NCBI GenBank assembly: GCA_002269645.1
Contig: NIVC01002919.1
Span: 1-46,923 of the forward strand
Origin: Macrostomum lignano
Lineage: Eukaryota
DNA length: 46,923 nucleotides
Reading direction: 5' to 3'
Part shown: in pieces, positions 40,258 through 46,923 of the stretch
How the letters are laid out: every line of letters begins with the position of its first letter
Numbering within the stretch: the first letter of the stretch is position 1
Program-made: the position numbers and the translations under genes
Notes under the pieces: generated by a model
What the model was told of the DNA's origin: nothing
Database searches by the model: none
What the model saw: only the letters and a program-made list of their open reading frames with translations

Positions 40258-40924
40258 TTATGGGCGCTTGGGAATACAAGCCAGGATTTTCTGTTTCTGG
40301 AGTTGCGTCTGTGACGCAATATTTTTAGGGATAAGAAAGAGCAAGGCTCTCGATATCGTATGAAGTATTTTCATTTTTTTCGGAAATGCCTGACTTAGGG
40401 GCTTTATATTGCGCTCTGTTAAGGTGCTGAAATTAGCGAAATTGGCTCTTGAGCACTCTCGAGTAATCGTTCTACCCGCATCGGATGCTTCAATCCTCTC
40501 CTGGGTCTCAGCTCCATTGTTATTCAACAGGGCCATCTTGCAGCCCTCAGGCCTCATTCGAACCTTTTTTGAAAATCCCCTCAATTCTGGGCTGGAACTC
40601 AGAGCGGTCTCGGTGACGGCCTGATGGGGGACTCCGCCGCTTTCCCAGCTGGCAAGGCAGGCAGGTGGGGCAATTGAACAAATTTCAGGCAATCGACTGG
40701 AGGCAGAGGGCTGACTACAATATATCCTCACTCCCAAAGTATTCCCCCATATAATTTCTCTCTCTCTCTTCAGTATGCGCAATGTTTATTGGAGTATCCA
40801 TGGCAACGAGGAGACAGCAATCTGCCGGAGAACCCAGTCCGGCAGCAGCAGAGAGCCCGACCGCCCCAGCCTCCCCAAGCTAACATCTGTCATTGCTCTC
40901 GCCATCAGTTTGCGCGTACTCGCG

Positions 40925-40927
<3 letters not shown>

Positions 40928-40968
<41 letters not shown>
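40928..40968. repeat. (GA)~20 microsatellite upstream of the flippase
   Basis: Direct reading. Confidence 0.95.
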
Positions 40969-40971
<3 letters not shown>

Positions 40972-41303
40972 CCACCAGGAGGCCTGCCGGCACTGCCAGA
41001 AATGCAGGCCCACTTGGCTAAAGGGGAGAGGCGGATCGCAGCGGGAGGGTAGAGAATGGGTAGCATAGATGGGCTTTGTTTCAGCCAGTCTCAGCCTCAT
41101 CGCCCAAACCTCCATTCCCAAACTCAAGCCGCGTCCGCACCAAACTCATTTAAGCCTGTTTCAGCGCGAACCCATCTATATGAAGGAATTTTCCCGACTC
41201 CCACACTACCGTAGCTTGCCGCACTCCCACACCACAGCCTCCCAGTAGTGCAACATCTGTCTTCAAGCGCAACAGAGTTACCCGGCGGAGTAGCTTAGCA
41301 ACG

Positions 41304-44302
41304 ATGGGCTGCTTTCAGCAGCTGCTAGTGTTGCTGGGCCTGCGGCCGCCCAACTATCCGGAGCTGCGAACCATCTGCGTCAATCACATGCCAATGAAGA
41401 AGGGCGAACAGATTGTTGAGGAGAAATATCCCAACAACCGAGTGGTCACTTCCCGGTACACAATTTTCACTTTTCTGTTTAAGAATCTGTTCGAGCAGTG
41501 CCGAGTTGCCAATTTTTACTTTCTGCATCATACAGTTCATCATTGGTTAGTCCAGCCACCTCGGTAATGCCTCTGGTCATTGTGCTGGCAACAACGGCCT
41601 ACGAGGACTTTCTGAGGCACCGAGCGGACAACAAGGTGAACAATACGCCAGTGAGGGTGGTCCGCGGAGGCAGCCTGCGCACCATTAAATCCTACGAAGT
41701 CTGCGTTGGCGACGTGCTCAGAGTTGGCCGCAACGAAAGCTTCCCCTGCGACTTGCTGCTGCTGTCATCCTCCGATCTCAGCGGCGAGTGCAGTGTCACG
41801 ACGGCCAACCTTGACGGCGAGACAAACCTCAAGAGCCTAATGGCGGTGGAAGCGACCCGCACCTACCAATCTGTCAGCGCAATTCAGAAGCGTTTCCGCG
41901 CCAGGATTGGTTGCGAGCAGCCGACATCGGATTTGCACAAATTCAAAGGCAACATGACCATTAGGATGGACACGCGCGACGAGCTGAAAATACCGCTGTC
42001 AGCGAAGAACATGCTGCTGCGAGGCGCCGTCCTGCGCAACACCGAGTTCGTCTTCGGCGTGGCCATCTACACCGGCCAGGAGACCAAGATGCAGCTGAAC
42101 TCACAGCGCGGCAAAACTAAGAAATCCGTGGTTGAAAGGCGCTTGGATCGATTTCTGCTGTGCTTCATGGCCATTTTGTTCTTTCTGGCTATTTTCAGCT
42201 CGTCGATGAAGTGGATTTATTTTAGCTTTGACGCCGGCATTCACAGCGCCTGGTACCTGCCACCGGAAGAAACGACTGCATGGAGAATTATTCAAGACTT
42301 CCTCGGCTTTCTGGTCCTGTTTAACTACCTTATCCCCATCTCACTCTATGTGACGATCGAACTGCAAAAGTTCCTGGGATCCATGTTCTTCGAAAGCGAT
42401 CTTGACATGTACTTTGAGGATCCGGACACGGGGGAAAAGTTTCGAGCACAGGCTAACACCTCCGACCTGAACGAGGAGCTCGGTCAAGTGCAGTACTTGT
42501 TCTCTGATAAGACAGGCACGTTGACGGAGAATAAAATGACGTTTAGAAACTGTTCCATCGGTTCGAAATGCTACTGCGACATGAACGGTCAATTGTGGCT
42601 GACAGAAGACGGTCGACCAGTAAAGAAGCGAGTTCGATTCGAGCCAGATGAGGAGCTATTCTTTACTGTGCTGGCTCTGTGTCACACAATTCGAGTTGAG
42701 GTGCCAAAAAAGTTTGGTCGCGGAGGCCGCGAGATCAACGAGCGCCTGTACACTGCGGAGGAAGCGCAAACCTACACGTACCAGGCCAGCTCTCCGGACG
42801 AGAAAGCCTTTGTTGAGGCCTGTCGCAATTTCGGAATCATATTTCACGGCACAGAAGAGGGCGTGAGCATTATCAGCTACAAGAACGTAATCCACAAATA
42901 CCGCGTCATGGAAGTTCTAGAATTCGACTCTGACAGAAAGTGCATGTCGGTGATTCTTCGTCGAGAGAACGGCAGCTACTGGCTGTTGACGAAGGGGGCC
43001 GAGAGTTCCATGCTGGACAAGTGCTCCTCAGGCGATAAAGAATCGATAATCGAACGATCGGCAGAGTTCGCTCGGTTGGGTCTCCGAGTGCTAGTGATTG
43101 CTCATCGCCAGCTATCCGAAGATGAGTTCAAGACAATGCAAGATGCTCTACTCGAGGCCAATCAGGATGTTGCCAACAGGGAGAAGCGAACTGTAGAGGC
43201 GTACAAGAGCATCGAGCAAAATCTGGCGGCCATCGGTTGCACAGCCATCGAGGACGAGCTTCAAGCCGGTGTCAAAGAGACAATCACAGACCTGAGATCA
43301 GCTGGAATCCAGGTGTGGATCCTGACCGGTGACAAGCGAGAAACCGCCGAGAACATCAGCCTCTCGGCCGGTCACTTCACGGAGTCCATGACGCGCATTC
43401 GGATAGTGGAGAAAACGGACATCGAATCTTGCTCTCAGGAGGTTTTCCGAGGACTCGAGGAAATCTCAGTTGCGTCTATTCCCAGTCAGTACTGCGTTGT
43501 GGTTGACGGACAGTCTCTGCAGTATCTGGTCGCCGAGGACAAGGAAGCCGAAGATTTGAAGTGGCGATTTCTCGAGCTTTGCCGCAAGACGGCAGCCGTC
43601 CTGTGCTGTCGTTGCACTCCTCTGCAGAAGGCCAGAGTAGTTGCCATGGTGAAGAGCGGCATCAAGCCTATGCCCGTCACCTGCTCGATTGGGGACGGAG
43701 CCAATGACGTCTCGATGATCCGCGAGGCGCATGTCGGTGTCGGGCTATTCGGCAAGGAAGGCCGTGCAGCCGCGCTGAACTCCGACTTCGCGTTGGCCAG
43801 GTTCAAATTCCTGCGCAAGACACTGCTGTTCTACGGCCACCTGTACTACATCCGACTGGCAATAATGCTGCAGTACTTCTTCTACAAGAACGTGGCTTTT
43901 GTAGGCGCGCAACTGTTCTACACTTTCTTCTCCGGTTTCAGCGCTCAGTCAATGTACGATTCCGTGTTTCTGAGCATCTATAATTTAACTATGACGTCTC
44001 TGCCAATTCTAATTTACGGTTTGTTTGAGCAGCACGTGAGCCGCTCTAGGCTGAATGAAGAACCTGAACTCTACAAGAAAATTGCTCACAATCGTGTGCT
44101 GCTGTGGTCAAAACTGCTGGTGTGGTCCGGTCTGGGCTTCTGGCATTCGGCTTGCTGCTTCTTCTTATTTGTCGGAATTCTGCTTTACAACTCAACTTTT
44201 GGGACCTATTTATACGACATTTATAGCTTCGGCTCCGTTGTTGTCGAGTTTATTCTGATCTGCGTAACACTCAGACTGGTTATTTTTACATACAGCTTTC
44301 AG
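41304..44302 (+). CDS. ATP11: P4-ATPase phospholipid flippase, ATP11 class, ~3-kb first coding exon, frameshifted at ~41526 and ~41545 as assembled (assembly error or null allele)
   Basis: The N-terminal frame from ATG 41304 gives KYPNNRVVTSRYTIFTFLFKNLFEQ..VANFYFL. The long frame carries YEDFLRH, VTTANLDGETNLK, LLRGAVLRNT, FNYLIPISLYVTIE (PISL), QKFLGS, NTSDLNEELGQV, SDKTGTLTEN (phospho-Asp), SPDEKA, LTGDK, IGDGANDVSMI and YFFYKN. QKFLGS and GHLYYIR point to the ATP11 class. It ends at donor CAG|GTAAGT at 44303. Confidence 0.93.
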
Positions 44303-44376
44303 GTAAGTCGTCTGTAATCCCATTGCAAAGCTATGCAACAGACAATTAATTTCTGTTCACGTTTCAAACCTCTCAG
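44303..44376 (+). other. 74-bp phase-0 spliceosomal intron of the flippase
   Basis: GTAAGT at 44303 and ...AAACCTCTCAG ending at 44376. Removing it joins YSFQ to VPFVIG in frame and continues the hydrophobic C-terminal helices. Confidence 0.88.
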
Positions 44377-44643
44377 GTGCCGTTTGTCATCGGAATCGTT
44401 GTGACTGTCCTCGGGTTTGCTGGCCTGCTGTCGCTGTACAACTATCTGACGCTGCCGTTATTCGGCAACAATCTTGACTTTCTGTGGGTGTACTTTGACA
44501 TCTGCCAGCAGCCGATAGTGTGGGCCCTGATGCCGCTGGTTGCTGCTATGGCACTGTTCCCAGATATCCTCATTCGCGTCATGGAGGACACCAAGGAGAT
44601 GCGAATCATTAGGCAGAGACAATTGGCCAAGTCTCGATTCGAG
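44377..44643 (+). CDS. ATP11: Flippase exon 2 (last transmembrane helices, ALFPD motif)
   Basis: VPFVIGIVVTVLGFAGLLSLYN...IVWALMPLVAAMALFPDILIRV matches the P4-ATPase TM9-TM10 pattern. Probable donor GAG|GTGAGA at 44644, after which the sequence becomes AT-rich and runs into repeats. Confidence 0.8.
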
Positions 44644-44898
44644 GTGAGAACATGCACATGTAATTTAACGCCACTGTGGGACGAAATCACAAGATTTGCA
44701 TTTCTAAATAAAACACCAGAAACTTTCAAGAGCCTCAAAGGCACTCGCCGGTACAACTTGCACTACTGTAGTCATAATTTACTAGCTGGTATAATACTGC
44801 AGAAAATATCTATGTCGGAAATATGGAGGGTCAGAGCAGTGGCGATTACACAAACTTTGATTGGAAGGTCCGTTACCCTAAAGGTCACCAATATTTGG

Positions 44899-45756
44899 TG
44901 TCTTGGTGTGCGCCCGGCCCTGTCTCTTCGTGGGTGCCCCCGTCTCTTGGTGGGCGCCCCTGTCTCTTGGTAGGCGCCCCTGTCTCTTGGTGGGTAAACC
45001 TGTCTTTTAGTTGGCGTCCCTGTCTCTTGGTGGGCGCCCCTGTATCTTGGTGGGCGTCCCTGTCTCTTGGTTGGCGTCCCTGTCTCTTGGTGGGCGTCCC
45101 TGTCTTTTGGTTGGCGTCCCTGTCTCTTGGTGGGCGTCCTTGTCTCTTGGTGGGCGTCCCTGTCTCTTGGTGGGCGTCCCTGTCTCTTGGTGGGCGTCCC
45201 TGTCTCTTGGTCGGTGCCCTTGCCTCTTGGTGGGCGTCCTTGTCTCTTGATTGGCGCCCCTGTCTCTTGGTTGGCGTCCCTGTCTCTTGGTGGACGTCCC
45301 TGTCTTTTGGTTGGCGTCCCTGTCTTTTGGTGGGCGTCCCTGTCTTTTGGTTGGCGTCCCTGTCTCTTGGTCGGTGCCCTTGTCTCTTGGTGGGCGTCCT
45401 TGTCTCTTGATTGGCGCCCCTGTCTCTTGGTTGGCGTCCCTGTCTCTTGATGGGCGTCCCTGTCTCTTGGTGGGCGCCCTTGTCTCTTGGTGGGCGTCCT
45501 TGTCTCTTGGTGGGCGTCCTTGTCTCTTGATTGGCGCTCCAGTCTCTTGGTGGGGGGTCCTTGTCTCTTGATTGGCGCCCCTGTCTCTTGGTGGGCGTCC
45601 CTGTCTCTTGGTGGGCGTCCTTGTCTCTTGATTGGCGCCCCTGTCTCGTCGTGGGCGTCCTTGTCTCTTGATTGGCGCCCCTGTCTCTTGGTGGGGGGTC
45701 CTTGTCTCTTGATTGGCGCCCTTGTCTCTTGGTGGGGGTCCTTGTCTCTTGATTGG
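44899..45756. repeat. Second, unrelated 20-bp minisatellite, consensus TGTCTCTTGGTGGGCGTCCC, ~42 copies
   Basis: Direct reading of a 20-bp period, degenerate at the 5' edge. Confidence 0.96.
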
Positions 45757-46192
<436 letters not shown>

Positions 46193-46563
46193 TTGAGATT
46201 TAACATAAAATGTAAAAATACTGTGTCGGACGTATGGAGCCACAGTGTGAATTAGAAATTCAATATACTTTTATTTTGACTGATATTCAATGTTCCATTG
46301 CCGTTTCTAAGCAACGATCAGTGCTTAATATGATCGTAGAAGTAGAAGTCTGCTTCTCCGTTTGCTTCTATTTCTTTCCTTTGTTTCTGCTGAAGGAGCA
46401 GCTGCACAGGAAGTCTTGCATCCTGAAGGCTGCAGCTGCAACTCCTTGTCTTTCTCACTGTCTTTAAAAAGCTTCCAAACAGGCCGTAGTTGCATGCTCA
46501 GCACTCTCAACATCGTTTGCCTTCCACTCTTTCTCGCTTGTTTCCTGTTAAGCACACAAGCAG

Positions 46564-46656
46564 CTGCAGTCAGGCATCCAACTCCACTCACTAATGCCCA
46601 GTCTCGCATCTATTGTCAGCAGCCCCCAGAACGGAAGGACAGCCGTGGTACGTCGG
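46564..46656 (+). CDS. Candidate downstream flippase exon (LQSGIQLHSLMPSLASIVSSPQNGRTAVVRR)
   Basis: Pyrimidine tract at ~46516-46549, CAG at 46561-46563 in phase 0 (compatible with the 44644 donor), open protein-like frame, and donor CGG|GTGAGC at 46657. No homology support, and alternative acceptors exist. Confidence 0.25.
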
Positions 46657-46923
46657 GTGAGCGCAACTCCGCTCTCACAGTTTTCCACTTCACTTTTCTG
46701 GTCTCTTTCTCGTTTTGCTCGAAGTATCCCGCCAAGCTTGGGTTAGACTCTGTCAGCTGCTACTGTCAGTTAAAAGCCTCTGTAGGCATCATACTACTTG
46801 TGTATAAGTGCATTGCTGCCTTCTGCATTTGCATTAGTAGTTAAAATGTTTGCATGTCTATACGTGCATTTAATGTCAGTCTGGACAATTGCGAATAAAC
46901 AAATTATTTGCCTGATTAGCAAA

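Noticed and set aside
40258-40782. 174-aa minus-strand ORF divergent from the flippase
   Set aside because: No recognisable domain or splice signals; it starts in a CT repeat and ends at the satellite edge.
41498-41566. ORF-track start MPSCQFLLSASYSSSL as the real flippase N-terminus
   Set aside because: It starts at a GTG and has no P4-ATPase similarity. The homologous N-terminus is in the 41304 frame.

Overview
Eukaryotic (metazoan) genomic DNA. About 78% of the window is tandem repeat, estimated from array lengths. There are two + strand gene islands: (1) the terminal coding exon of an ERG/FLI1-type ETS transcription factor (3006-3586), and (2) an ATP11-type P4-ATPase phospholipid flippase (41304 to at least 44643) with a ~3-kb first exon. 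Four small deletions cluster in the flippase TM1-TM2 region, two of them frameshifting. The repeats are a 14-bp satellite (1-2098), a 34/32-bp minisatellite (5724-7965), a ~31-kb 20-bp satellite with multi-level higher-order structure (9128-40257), a second 20-bp minisatellite fused to (CTTA)n (44899-46192), and small microsatellites. The repeat load, GC-rich coding and short intron resemble the flatworm Macrostomum, but this is inference only. I found no CRISPR array, rRNA or tRNA, and cannot support a new protein-coding system. The most unusual signals are the satellite architecture, the satellite core motif reappearing just before the flippase ATG, an RTGGGCG core shared by three unrelated arrays, and the flippase microdeletion cluster. 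The interior of the large array shows signs of long-read consensus error.
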